The notes below the pieces were generated by a model. That model was not told the DNA's origin. It made no database searches and saw nothing but the letters and a program-made list of their open reading frames with translations. This document shows positions 1-9,271 of a stretch of 57,252 nucleotides of DNA, piece by piece (positions within the stretch are counted from its first letter, which is position 1; the number at the start of each line of letters is the position of its first letter). The stretch comes from Patescibacteria group bacterium (lineage in GTDB: Bacteria; Patescibacteriota; Gracilibacteria; UBA1369; JAHKBB01), in contig JBDRDX010000011.1 in NCBI GenBank assembly GCA_043820285.1, forward strand, positions 1 to 57,252, in the 5' to 3' direction. The position numbers were made by a program, and so were the translations under genes.

Positions 1-429
1 CCGGTTTCCTTCAACGAAACCCTCAAGGCGCTGTTGATGAGAACCGGCAACAGCGGGGCGGAGAAGGCGGAAAAGACAGAGAAAGCAGAGAGCAAACCGA
101 GAGACAACTGGAGGACAACGTACAACAACACTCACGAAATCATCAGAAGAGCAATTCCCGCTTTCAGGAAACACGCGTTGCCAAAAAAGTGTCAGTTTCC
201 GGGTTGCAGCAAACCGTCAGAAGTACACCACCATCCCGACAGGTTTGCGTTGACGAAAAATCACAAAAACATTACTTCTCTCTGCAAAATACATCACAAA
301 ATCGCGCACGCGGGGCTGATCGAGAACGAACATGAACCGGCGGCCGAGTGGCGGATTTGCGAGAAACCGGATCGCGCGACGAAAAAGTTTGAGATTGATC
401 AGAAGATGATGCGGTATCAGTTTTTCTAA
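1..429 (+). CDS. HNH (His-Me finger) endonuclease, C-terminal part; probably 5'-truncated by the window edge
   Basis: Frame 1 is open from base 1 with no stop before the TTG/ATG at 34-39. Carries a Cys/His nuclease motif: CQFPGCSKPSEVHHHP...NITSLCKIHHKIAH. Visibly GC-richer than neighbouring genes. Confidence 0.75.
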   Translation, partial: PVSFNETLKALLMRTGNSGAEKAEKTEKAESKPRDNWRTTYNNTHEIIRRAIPAFRKHALPKKCQFPGCSKPSEVHHHPDRFALTKNHKNITSLCKIHHKIAHAGLIENEHEPAAEWRICEKPDRATKKFEIDQKMMRYQFF

Positions 430-2195
430 AATTTCAGTAAACGAATGTTTGCTTCCGCAATCTGCTCGTCGGGTAGCTCAGAAGGAGCGTGAACCATAAG
501 ATCGCGTCCTTTTTGATCCTTGGGGAAGGGGATAACTTCGCGAATATTCGGCTCATCCTGCATAAGCATGATAAACCTGTCCAGCCCCCAAGCAATACCG
601 CCATGAGGTGGGGCACCAAACGTAAACGCTTTCAAGAGATGCCCAAATCGAAGACCCGCATCTTCCTTGGAAATCCCAAGAATATCAAAAATCTTACTCT
701 GTAATTTTGGATCATGGATTCTAATACTTCCTCCGGCAATTTCCACACCATTCAGCACGAGATCATACGCTTTAGCCCTGACTTTTTCAGGTTCCTCATC
801 AAGTAAGTCAATATCTTCTTCCATCGGATGCGTAAACGGATGATGCGAGGATACAAGTTTTCCATCTTCCTTATTAAATTCAAACAGCGGGAAGTGAGTA
901 ATCCACACAAAAACGAGATTGTCTTTGTCCATTAGGTTGAATCTCTTTCCACACTCAACCCTGATGTGGCTGAGAGTTTCACAAACAACCTTAAATTCAT
1001 CAGCAACAATAAAGATCATATCTCCTTTCTTCGCTCCGCATTTATCAATAATTGTTTTCAATTCTTTCTCTTTTACAAACTTTGAAATAGGGGATTTGAT
1101 CTCATCTCCAATAGAAATGTGTACAAGCCCCTTAGCTCCGAATTCTTTAGCGATTTCAGTGAACCCATCGATGTCTTTTCTACTAAATTCAGCACCACCG
1201 TCAACTTTCAAAGCACGAACCAAATTCCCGGCCTTCACGGCGTCCGCAAAAACCTGGAACCCGCTATCTTTAACGAGGTCGGTAATATCCGTAATTTCCA
1301 TTTTGAATCTGAGATCAGGCTTGTCTGAACCATATTTGTCCATGGCTTCCTGCCACGACATTTTGATAAATGGAACATCACGAACCTTTTTCGCAGGCTT
1401 CAACTTCTTAATAAGTTCGACAGCAAGCTCTTCATTGACCTTCAAAACATCTTCTTCCTCAACAAAAGACATCTCTATATCAAGCTGGGTAAATTCAGGC
1501 TGTCGATCTCCGCGCTGATCTTCAACACGGAAACATCTCGCAATCTGAAAATATTTATCCATACCGGCGACCATAAGCATCTGCTTCAACTGTTGCGGCG
1601 CCTGCGGAAGAACGTAAAACTTTCCCGGATGGAGACGAGAAGGAACAAGGTACTCGCGGCTTCCCTCCGGAGTTCCTTTAATAAGGATGGGAGTCTCAAT
1701 CTCGAGAAATTCCCGCTTATCCATATGATCTCGAATATACTTAATAATTTTATGACGCATGATCACGTTGTTTTTCATGCGGTCGCGGCGAAGATCCAAA
1801 TATCTATGTTCAAGGCGAATCTCCTCGGATAAATCTTTGTCCTGATCAACTTCGAAAGGAAGAACGTCGGCTTCATTCAAAATTTCAAGTTCTTTAACAA
1901 CAACCTCAACTTCACCGGTATCAATGCTCTTATTTACCATTCCGTCAGGTCGCTTTCGAACAGTGCCGGTGATCTTTATCACATATTCGGACTTGATCTG
2001 CTCCATCGCCTTATGAGTCTCTTTTAAATTGTCCGGATCCGAAACCAACTGTGTATAGCCGTATCGATCACGAATATCAATGAATATCAAACCCCCGTGA
2101 TCACGAACACGATGCGCCCACCCCGAAAGAGTCACACAAGACTTCTCGTCGTCCGCCTTCAGCTGATTGCAGTTATGAGTTCTATACATCAACAT
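426..2195 (-). CDS. aspS: Aspartyl-tRNA synthetase, bacterial type
   Basis: 589 aa. Class IIb aaRS with an N-terminal OB fold. Motif-2-like FRVEDQRGDRQPEFTQLD and motif-3 region GGIAWGLDR. The bacterial insertion domain is present. Confidence 0.95.
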   Translation of the reverse strand: MLMYRTHNCNQLKADDEKSCVTLSGWAHRVRDHGGLIFIDIRDRYGYTQLVSDPDNLKETHKAMEQIKSEYVIKITGTVRKRPDGMVNKSIDTGEVEVVVKELEILNEADVLPFEVDQDKDLSEEIRLEHRYLDLRRDRMKNNVIMRHKIIKYIRDHMDKREFLEIETPILIKGTPEGSREYLVPSRLHPGKFYVLPQAPQQLKQMLMVAGMDKYFQIARCFRVEDQRGDRQPEFTQLDIEMSFVEEEDVLKVNEELAVELIKKLKPAKKVRDVPFIKMSWQEAMDKYGSDKPDLRFKMEITDITDLVKDSGFQVFADAVKAGNLVRALKVDGGAEFSRKDIDGFTEIAKEFGAKGLVHISIGDEIKSPISKFVKEKELKTIIDKCGAKKGDMIFIVADEFKVVCETLSHIRVECGKRFNLMDKDNLVFVWITHFPLFEFNKEDGKLVSSHHPFTHPMEEDIDLLDEEPEKVRAKAYDLVLNGVEIAGGSIRIHDPKLQSKIFDILGISKEDAGLRFGHLLKAFTFGAPPHGGIAWGLDRFIMLMQDEPNIREVIPFPKDQKGRDLMVHAPSELPDEQIAEANIRLLKF

Positions 2196-2203
2196 AAAAT
2201 TTA

Positions 2204-5200
2204 CTAGACTTTAAGAATCTTCTCAATCTCATCTTTCAACATTTCATCGACATTTACCAAAAATGGCACTTTAATTCGCTGTAATCTATCCTTGTTTTGA
2301 ATGTGAATTTCAACTTCTCTATCACCCCTATTTTCCGTAAGCAGGCTTTTAAGCTCACTTAAAATTGTTTTGTCTGTATCTAAGTCAACGGAAATAATAA
2401 ACGGTTCTATCCTCTGAGTTTCCTCCATGTTATCAATATCAAAATCTTCAATTTCTTGCACATTCTCACCTTCCTTTGGCTTCAGACCCTCTATTGTGGC
2501 AAACTGACGAGCAATTTTCTCATTCGGATCAAAAGTGCCGGTATTTTTTGCACGATCGATCATACTTTCAATAGAAACAGCTTGTGCGGAATTTGGAGTG
2601 AACTGGAGAGCGCCTCGCCTAAAATCCAACTTCCCCTCCATAATAACGACATTATCCTCCTGGAATAAATCCCCATACTGTCGATATGTCCTAGGGAAAA
2701 TAATAATCTCAAACCTTCCGGTAGGATCTTCACATGTCCCATACATCATATATTCTCCACTACGAGTCAAAACTTTCTTCAGACCCGTTATTAAGCCGCC
2801 CATCTTGATGTTTTTGCCAATGTCTTTCCGGGTTAATTTTTCTGCAAGAATAACCTTTTTGCTAAAATGTTTTTTCAAACCCCGAAGTGGATGGTTAGAT
2901 ACATACATACCAAGATATTCTTTTTCCCACTTCAACCTCTCCATAAAACTGGCGGGTTCCACACTCTTTAACTGAAAATGAGCATCATCATCCGGGGAGT
3001 CATCCGTTATAATCCCAAAAATATCAGTCTGTCCCTTTGCGGAAACATCTTGATGAATCTTTGAGTACTGCGTAATTTCTTCTAAACTTTCCGAGATATG
3101 CTTGCGCTCTCCGAGTTTATCCAACGCCCCCGATCGAGAAAGAGCCTCCATAAGTTTCTTGTTTAGAAGATGGCTCGGGACTCGTTCCGCAAAATCCTTC
3201 AAACTTCCAAATGCCCCCTTGTCATCCCTAATCGCCAAAATCTCCTTCACCGGTCCCTCGCCAATTCCCTTTATCGCGGATAGCCCAAAGCGAATAGTTT
3301 TGTCATCAACCACTGTGAACTTCGAGAAAGACTCGTTAATTGACGGAGGAAGTACAGAAATTCCCATCTCTTCACATTCATTTATTTCATGCACAACCTT
3401 ATCCGTGTTTCCAAAATCAGCACAGAGTAGGGAAGTCATAAACTCAATCGGATAGTGAGCCTTGAGATACGCTGTGTGATAAGCGATCAGCGCATAACAG
3501 GTTGCGTGGGCCTTATTAAATCCATATCCGGCGAAAGGCTCGATCACTTTATCAAACATTTCTTCAGCAAATTTCAATGAATGACCCTGCGACTTCGCCC
3601 CTTCCGCAAATTTTTGACGCTGCAGTGCAAGTAGCTCCGGGATCTTCTTTCCCACAGCTTTTCTAAGAATGTCAGCTTCACCAAGGGAAAATCCTGCAAA
3701 TTCTCGCGCTATTTGTAAAATTTGCTCTTGGTAAATAGCAACACCATTAGTCTCTTTCAAGATAGTTTCAAGGGACTTGTGAATATACTTTATGGATTTT
3801 GGATTATGCTTTCCTTTTATATAACTCGGGATCCATTCCATCGGCCCGGGTCTATACAGCGAAACCATCGCAATAATATCCTCAAACTGAGTTGGTTTAA
3901 GATCCTTTAGATACCTTCTCATTCCGGCGGATTCCAGCTGGAACACTCCCGTTGTATCTCCTTTTTGAAGCAGCTCAAAAGTCTTCTTGTCATCCATTTT
4001 GATATTCTCCAAGTCAACATCTTCGCCTTGCGTTCTCTTGACAATCTTTATTGTTTTTTCAATGATTGTAAGGTTTCGAAGTCCAAGAAAGTCCATTTTT
4101 AAAAGTCCAATATCTTCAATCGGCTTCATAGAATACTGAGTGACCACGTCATTTTCACTGCCTGGAGCCCTCTGAAGCGGAGCATAGTTTACAAGCGGCT
4201 CCTCCGAAATCACTACGGCACATGCGTGAGTCCCCGCATGACGTACGGTCCCTTCCAACTTTATAGCATTGTCTAAAAGAACCTTTGTCTTTGGCTCATT
4301 CTCATATGCCTGTCTTAATTCAGGATTGTTTTTTACAGATTCAAAAAGAGGCGCATGCTTCCCCAAAACAGGTTGAGGAACAAGCTTCGCAATTCTATCA
4401 ACATCACCATATGAGTGTCCAAGAGCACGACCAACATCTCTCACGACAGCCTTCGCCGCCATCGTTCCAAAAGTGATAATCTGCGCGACATTTTCGCGGC
4501 CGTACTTTTCGATCACATAATTTAAAACCTCATCACGCCTGTCATCCGCAAAATCGATATCAATATCCGGCATCGATACACGTGAAGGATTCAAAAATCT
4601 CTCAAAAATCAGCCCATATTCAAGCGGATCAACCTCCGTTATTCGGAGCGAATACGCAATAATCGAACCGGCCGCACTTCCACGCCCGGGACCGACTGTA
4701 ATCTTGCTGTCTTTCGCAAACTTCACAAAGTCATGAACAATAAGAAAATAGGTGTCGAAACCCATTTTGTGAACCATCTCAAGCTCAAAGTCCAGCCTTT
4801 CTTTCGCCTCTTTAAGTTTCTCGTTTTTGTACCTGTTTTCCAGACCTTCTTCACAAAGTTCTCGAAGATAATCTCCAGGATCGATGCTGTTTGGAGTATG
4901 GTAAGCCGGTAAAAGATTCTGACCGAACTCAAGCTCAACATTGCACCTGTCAGCAACCTTTACCGCATTCTCCAAAACTTCCGGATGACCCTTGAAAGAC
5001 TCCTGTATCTCAGATGCAGACTTCAGAGAAAAATCACCAAGATATCTCATCCTTCCCTCATCGGTAACATTTGTCCCGGTTTGAATACAAAGAAGGATGT
5101 CATGAGCTTCCGCGTCTTCGGGATTTATGTAATGAGTATCATTCGTAGCAACGACGGGTATATTGTGCTTTTTCCCAATCTCAAAAATCGCATTGTTTAC

Positions 5201-5758
5201 AGTTCTTTGCTCCTCAATTAAATCTCCATGATCTTGAACCTCAAGGAAGAAATTATCCTTCCCGAAAATTTCCTGCAATTCAAGAGCCCTTTCCGCGGCC
5301 TTATCTGTCCCCTCCGTCAAAACGGCCCTGGGAACAATTCCCATAAGACAACCGGAAAGGGCGATAAGCCCTTTGTGATGCGCCTTCAAAAGCCCCTCGT
5401 CGACCCTGGGTTTGTAATAAAAACCTTCAAGATTTGCCTGAGTAACAAGCTTCAACAGATTTTGATAGCCCTCATTTGTCTCCGCCAAAAGTGTCATATG
5501 ATAGGGCTTGATGTCGACTCCGGGAGTCTTATCAAACCTGGTACGCGGAGCAATATAAATCTCGCATCCAATAATAGGCTTAATCCCTTCTTTTTTCGCG
5601 GCCTTATAAAACTCAATGGCTCCATATAGATTTCCGTGATCCGTAAGTGCAATGGCAGGGGACCCCTGTCCTTTCGCTTTTCTCACAATATCAACAGGCT
5701 TGCCAAGTCCATCTAGGGGACTGTAGTGAGAGTGGACATGTAGATGGACAAAAGACAT
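2204..5758 (-). CDS. dnaE: DNA polymerase III alpha subunit
   Basis: PHP domain start MSFVHLHVHSHYSPLDG and a full-length polymerase core of about 1184 aa. Start set at ATG 5758 because the track's longer ORF (to 5821) runs into the tRNA-Leu gene. Confidence 0.95.
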   Translation of the reverse strand: MSFVHLHVHSHYSPLDGLGKPVDIVRKAKGQGSPAIALTDHGNLYGAIEFYKAAKKEGIKPIIGCEIYIAPRTRFDKTPGVDIKPYHMTLLAETNEGYQNLLKLVTQANLEGFYYKPRVDEGLLKAHHKGLIALSGCLMGIVPRAVLTEGTDKAAERALELQEIFGKDNFFLEVQDHGDLIEEQRTVNNAIFEIGKKHNIPVVATNDTHYINPEDAEAHDILLCIQTGTNVTDEGRMRYLGDFSLKSASEIQESFKGHPEVLENAVKVADRCNVELEFGQNLLPAYHTPNSIDPGDYLRELCEEGLENRYKNEKLKEAKERLDFELEMVHKMGFDTYFLIVHDFVKFAKDSKITVGPGRGSAAGSIIAYSLRITEVDPLEYGLIFERFLNPSRVSMPDIDIDFADDRRDEVLNYVIEKYGRENVAQIITFGTMAAKAVVRDVGRALGHSYGDVDRIAKLVPQPVLGKHAPLFESVKNNPELRQAYENEPKTKVLLDNAIKLEGTVRHAGTHACAVVISEEPLVNYAPLQRAPGSENDVVTQYSMKPIEDIGLLKMDFLGLRNLTIIEKTIKIVKRTQGEDVDLENIKMDDKKTFELLQKGDTTGVFQLESAGMRRYLKDLKPTQFEDIIAMVSLYRPGPMEWIPSYIKGKHNPKSIKYIHKSLETILKETNGVAIYQEQILQIAREFAGFSLGEADILRKAVGKKIPELLALQRQKFAEGAKSQGHSLKFAEEMFDKVIEPFAGYGFNKAHATCYALIAYHTAYLKAHYPIEFMTSLLCADFGNTDKVVHEINECEEMGISVLPPSINESFSKFTVVDDKTIRFGLSAIKGIGEGPVKEILAIRDDKGAFGSLKDFAERVPSHLLNKKLMEALSRSGALDKLGERKHISESLEEITQYSKIHQDVSAKGQTDIFGIITDDSPDDDAHFQLKSVEPASFMERLKWEKEYLGMYVSNHPLRGLKKHFSKKVILAEKLTRKDIGKNIKMGGLITGLKKVLTRSGEYMMYGTCEDPTGRFEIIIFPRTYRQYGDLFQEDNVVIMEGKLDFRRGALQFTPNSAQAVSIESMIDRAKNTGTFDPNEKIARQFATIEGLKPKEGENVQEIEDFDIDNMEETQRIEPFIISVDLDTDKTILSELKSLLTENRGDREVEIHIQNKDRLQRIKVPFLVNVDEMLKDEIEKILKV

Positions 5759-5779
5759 ATTTTGAACAAGTTTTAATAA

Positions 5780-5865
5780 TGGTGGGCGAAGAGAGACTTG
5801 AACTCTCACGGGTTTCCCCACTAGTTCCTAAGACTAGCGCGTCTACCAAATTCCGCCATTCGCCC
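5780..5865 (-). tRNA. tRNA-Leu, anticodon UAG, type II with long variable arm, CCA encoded
   Basis: Reverse complement folds by hand. Acceptor GGGCGAA/TTCGCCC; anticodon stem CTAGT/ACTAG with loop CTTAGGA; variable arm TGGGGAAACCCGT; T arm GAGAG-TTCAAGT-CTCTC; A73 then CCA. 86 nt. Confidence 0.9.
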
Positions 5866-5936
5866 TAATTTTCAAAGCAGGGAGACGATAACAAAAACAC
5901 TTCAAAAAATCAAAGTAAAAAAAGTCAATTAAAACC

Positions 5937-5965
5937 TTGACAAATAGGTAACTGTTGTATATATT
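5937..5965 (+). promoter_or_regulatory. Sigma70-like promoter candidate (TTGACA-17-TATATT)
   Basis: Perfect -35 at 5937-5942, 17-nt spacer, TATATT at 5960-5965. Lies upstream of the 6073 gene. Confidence 0.35.
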
Positions 5966-6012
5966 ACATCACCTACGGTGAAGAAACGAGATTGTGCAAT
6001 ATATTTTCGAGC

Positions 6013-6041
6013 TTGACAATGGATATGCAAATCACTATCTT
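6013..6041 (+). promoter_or_regulatory. Second sigma70-like promoter candidate (TTGACA-17-TATCTT)
   Basis: Perfect -35 at 6013-6018, 17-nt spacer, TATCTT at 6036-6041. About 30 nt upstream of the ATG at 6073. Confidence 0.35.
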
Positions 6042-6072
6042 GAAGTCACTTCGAAATTAACAACTTAACCTT

Positions 6073-7149
6073 ATGAGTAGTACAGGCGCTAAAAAAACGG
6101 CACAGTCGCTGGGAAATGTAAACCTTCCGGATATCGTGGAGGACATCTTCATGGTTCTTACAAATAAGGAAAAAGAAGTCATTGTTAAGAGATTTAGCTT
6201 GGACAATGGCCCAAGACAGACTCTGGAAAGAATCGGCCAGAAGTTTTCTGTCACTCGTGAGAGAATTAGACAAATTGAGAAGATTGCTTTAGCCAAACTT
6301 CGCAGGACTGTTGAGAATACAAAGCTCAACCTGGTTAATGATATTGCGAATCAAATCATTGAAGAGAATGGCGGAGTGATGCTTGATACGAAGCTGATTA
6401 GCGCGATCCTGAATTGGATTGAATCAGACAGTGAAATAGACGCGCACATCATTCGGCTCGCTTTGAATATCAACAAAGATCTGGAGCGGATAGAAAAGAC
6501 AAACGTACTTCATCCATTCTGGAAATATAAAGATGTCAAAATAAGTGACATCAATTTGATCCTGAACACGGGAGTTTCGATATTGAAGAAGAAAGGCGAT
6601 GTTGTCGATGCCGATAAGCTTGGAGGACAAATTCAACAGACGTTAAAAGAAAGTGACAACTCGTTCTCTATCCACATACTTACTTCAGCAATGGAAGCAG
6701 ACAAGAGAGTAAAGAGAACCAAAGAAGGATTCGGCCTAATGACATGGAGACACATCAATCCAAAGAGTATCCGCGATAAAGCTTATATTGTTCTTAAAAA
6801 AGCCAATTCTCCTCTGCACTTCGTAGAGATTGCAAATAGAATTACAGAATCCGGATTCGATAAGAAAGTTGTTACAACTCAAGCGGTTCACAACGAACTT
6901 ATCCGATACGACCAATTCGTACTTGTGGGTCGCGGACTATATGCACTAAAAGAATGGGGATACGAAAAAGGAACAGTTGCAGACGTTATCGAAACTCTTC
7001 TTGCAAAGAAAAGTCCAATGACAAAGCAAGAAATCATCGAGGGTGTACTGGAACAAAGAAGAGTAAAAAAAGGTACAATCTCTCTAAATCTTCAAAAGAA
7101 CCCTAAATTCGAAAGAGTGGGACGTGCGGTTTACAAGCTTTCGAAATAA
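6073..7149 (+). CDS. Sigma-70 region-4-like HTH protein with C-terminal HARE-HTH/winged-helix modules (not a complete sigma factor)
   Basis: N-terminal LTNKEKEVIVKRFSL...QTLERIGQKFSVTRERIRQIEKIALAKLRR is a typical sigma region 4.2. No region 2 is present. C-terminal KAYIVLKKANSPLHFVEIANRI...VLVGRGLYALKEWGY resembles the HARE-HTH of RNAP delta subunit. Confidence 0.7.
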   Translation: MSSTGAKKTAQSLGNVNLPDIVEDIFMVLTNKEKEVIVKRFSLDNGPRQTLERIGQKFSVTRERIRQIEKIALAKLRRTVENTKLNLVNDIANQIIEENGGVMLDTKLISAILNWIESDSEIDAHIIRLALNINKDLERIEKTNVLHPFWKYKDVKISDINLILNTGVSILKKKGDVVDADKLGGQIQQTLKESDNSFSIHILTSAMEADKRVKRTKEGFGLMTWRHINPKSIRDKAYIVLKKANSPLHFVEIANRITESGFDKKVVTTQAVHNELIRYDQFVLVGRGLYALKEWGYEKGTVADVIETLLAKKSPMTKQEIIEGVLEQRRVKKGTISLNLQKNPKFERVGRAVYKLSK

Positions 7150-7164
7150 AAGTATATTTCAACC

Positions 7165-7479
7165 ATGGAAGACTGTGTTTTTTGCAAAATACGTGATGGC
7201 GAAATCCCATCTCCAAAACTTCATGAAGATGAACACTGCTACGCTGTAAACGACATAAATCCAAAAGCCAAAACTCACATCCTTATTATCCCCAACAAGC
7301 ACATCCATTCTATTGCAAAAATGGAGAAAGGAGACGAAACTCTGATAGGTCATATGGTAAAAATCGCACGTGATCTCGCGGCGGAGAGAGAACTCCGGGG
7401 CTACAAACTAGTGTTCAATGTCGAAAAACATGGAGGACAGGAAATCTTCCATATCCACATGCATTTATTGAGCGATTAG
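7165..7479 (+). CDS. HIT-family nucleotide hydrolase (HinT-like)
   Basis: 104 aa. CVFCKI near the N-terminus and histidine triad HIHMHLL near the C-terminus. Confidence 0.85.
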   Translation: MEDCVFCKIRDGEIPSPKLHEDEHCYAVNDINPKAKTHILIIPNKHIHSIAKMEKGDETLIGHMVKIARDLAAERELRGYKLVFNVEKHGGQEIFHIHMHLLSD

Positions 7480-8337
7480 CGAAAAGTTCAAAGACCTTGC
7501 GTCCATAGTAATAGCGGAAGTAGAAATGACATCTACGCAAGTTTCCGCATAATCCTTTACATTATCCAGAGTGATGCCGCCGGAAGCTTCAAACAAAACA
7601 TCACCCCTGTGATCTTTCACAAATTCAGCAATCTCCTTAGGCCTCATGTTGTCGAACATAATAACCTTTGGAACACCTTGGATTTTCTCAAAAGCTTTAA
7701 ACGCAGCCTCCGCTTCATCTGTGTTCTCAACTTCAATTTCAATAAATCTCGGATCCCCAAAACCTTTATTCAAAGCTTTATCAATGTCACGCCCCGAAAG
7801 GTCTAAATGATTATCCTTTATTAAAACAGCATCGCTGAGATTAAGCCTATGAGTTCCACCACCGCCCACACTGCACGCGCGCTTATCCAAAAGTCCCCAC
7901 AAAGTCTTGCGGGTAGGAACAACCAACGTGTCACCCGCGGCATCCACAAACTTCTTCGCAGCAGTAGCAACTCCGCTCATCCGCATGATAAGGTTCAAAA
8001 GCACCCTTTCATACGCAAGCACATCGCGCGCTTTCCCCTCAAACTCAAGTACAGAATCCTCAACCCCAACAAGCTCTCCATCACTACGCATATCGGTGAT
8101 AATAAATTTATCAGACAAAAAATACCTGGCCTCCATAGCTCCACAAAAAATCCCGGAGGATTTGGAAACAACTCGAGCAGTGGCAAGACGGTCCGGGTCA
8201 ACGAGGGTTTCGGAAGTTATATCTCCGTTTTCCGCCAAATCTTTCTTCAATTCTTCAAACGTATACCGGTCAACCCACTCCTTGTATAAAGGGTTCTTCA
8301 AAGTAAGTTCACTACTTGCGTCAAAAGCTTTAATCAT
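7465..8337 (-). CDS. nadC: Nicotinate-nucleotide pyrophosphorylase (quinolinate phosphoribosyltransferase)
   Basis: 290 aa. Motifs IEIEVEN, LIKDNHL and MFDNM are typical of type II PRTase NadC. Overlaps nadA by 8 nt. Confidence 0.9.
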   Translation of the reverse strand: MIKAFDASSELTLKNPLYKEWVDRYTFEELKKDLAENGDITSETLVDPDRLATARVVSKSSGIFCGAMEARYFLSDKFIITDMRSDGELVGVEDSVLEFEGKARDVLAYERVLLNLIMRMSGVATAAKKFVDAAGDTLVVPTRKTLWGLLDKRACSVGGGGTHRLNLSDAVLIKDNHLDLSGRDIDKALNKGFGDPRFIEIEVENTDEAEAAFKAFEKIQGVPKVIMFDNMRPKEIAEFVKDHRGDVLFEASGGITLDNVKDYAETCVDVISTSAITMDARSLNFSLIAQ

Positions 8338-9241
8338 TGCGGCCGTATTCTAGCATTTTCTCCAAAGGAGCCAAAGCCTTAGCCATAACGTCGTCCGGAA
8401 GCACAATCTCATTTATATCTTTTTCGAGACATTCAAGAAGATTTTCCAGGGTAATTTTCTTCTGTTGAATGCACTCGCCGCCAATACTAAAGAATTTTTT
8501 ATTCGGAGCATGACGCCGAAGAAGCTCAAGCATACCGATCTCGGTAGCTACAATAATGGTATCTACGTCAGACTCTTTTACGTACTTAATCATGCCGGTA
8601 GTGCTAAGTACCGCATCTGCGCGCTTCAAAACTTCCGGCTTGCACTCCGGATGCACAATAGCTTTTGCGTCAGGATAATTTTTCTTAGCCTCCAAAATCT
8701 TTTCCTCGGTGATTTTCGCATGAACATAACACCATCCCTCAGGTGCAATTATCTTCTTTTTCGTATTGCTTTGGACGTATGCGGCCAGATTCTGATCAGG
8801 TACAAAGATAATCTCGTCTGCAGGCAGTTTATTCGCTATATCAACCGCATTCGCGGAAGTACAGCAAATATCGCACAAGGTCTTCGTATCGGCTGTCGTG
8901 TTCACATAACACATCACAGCGGCCCCCGGATGCTTCTCCTTTAGATCCAAAAGCTTCTCTCTGGTAATCATCGCCGCCATGGGACACACAGCCTGCATGG
9001 ATGGTATAAAAACGCGGCTTTCAGGACTCAAAATCTTCACCATTTCAGCCATAAAAGTCACTCCGCAAAAGATGATGCGCTCGGGCTGGAGCTCGCGCGC
9101 TCTTTGCGCCAAATCAAAAGAATCTCCAAGTTCATCGGCGACATCATAGATTTCAGGCCTTTGATAATTATGAGCAAAAATGGTCACATTCTTGGCCTTT
9201 TTCAGGTCCAAAATACGCTGAATTATCTCCTTATCATTCAT
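8330..9241 (-). CDS. nadA: Quinolinate synthase
   Basis: 303 aa. Motifs FAHNYQRPEI, FCGVTFMAE and VHPEC, with conserved Cys positions of the [4Fe-4S] NadA fold. Confidence 0.9.
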   Translation of the reverse strand: MNDKEIIQRILDLKKAKNVTIFAHNYQRPEIYDVADELGDSFDLAQRARELQPERIIFCGVTFMAEMVKILSPESRVFIPSMQAVCPMAAMITREKLLDLKEKHPGAAVMCYVNTTADTKTLCDICCTSANAVDIANKLPADEIIFVPDQNLAAYVQSNTKKKIIAPEGWCYVHAKITEEKILEAKKNYPDAKAIVHPECKPEVLKRADAVLSTTGMIKYVKESDVDTIIVATEIGMLELLRRHAPNKKFFSIGGECIQQKKITLENLLECLEKDINEIVLPDDVMAKALAPLEKMLEYGRND

Positions 9242-9271
9242 AGCAGGGAGATAGTAGCAGGGGAGAGACTA

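Noticed and set aside
919-1518. 199-aa plus-strand ORF
   Set aside because: It is antisense to aspS, serine-rich and without motifs.
5759-5821. N-terminal extension of the dnaE ORF (track start 5821)
   Set aside because: The extension overlaps the tRNA-Leu gene (5780-5865). The conserved PHP domain begins right at the internal Met (MSFVHLHVHSHYS), so ATG 5758 is the sensible start.
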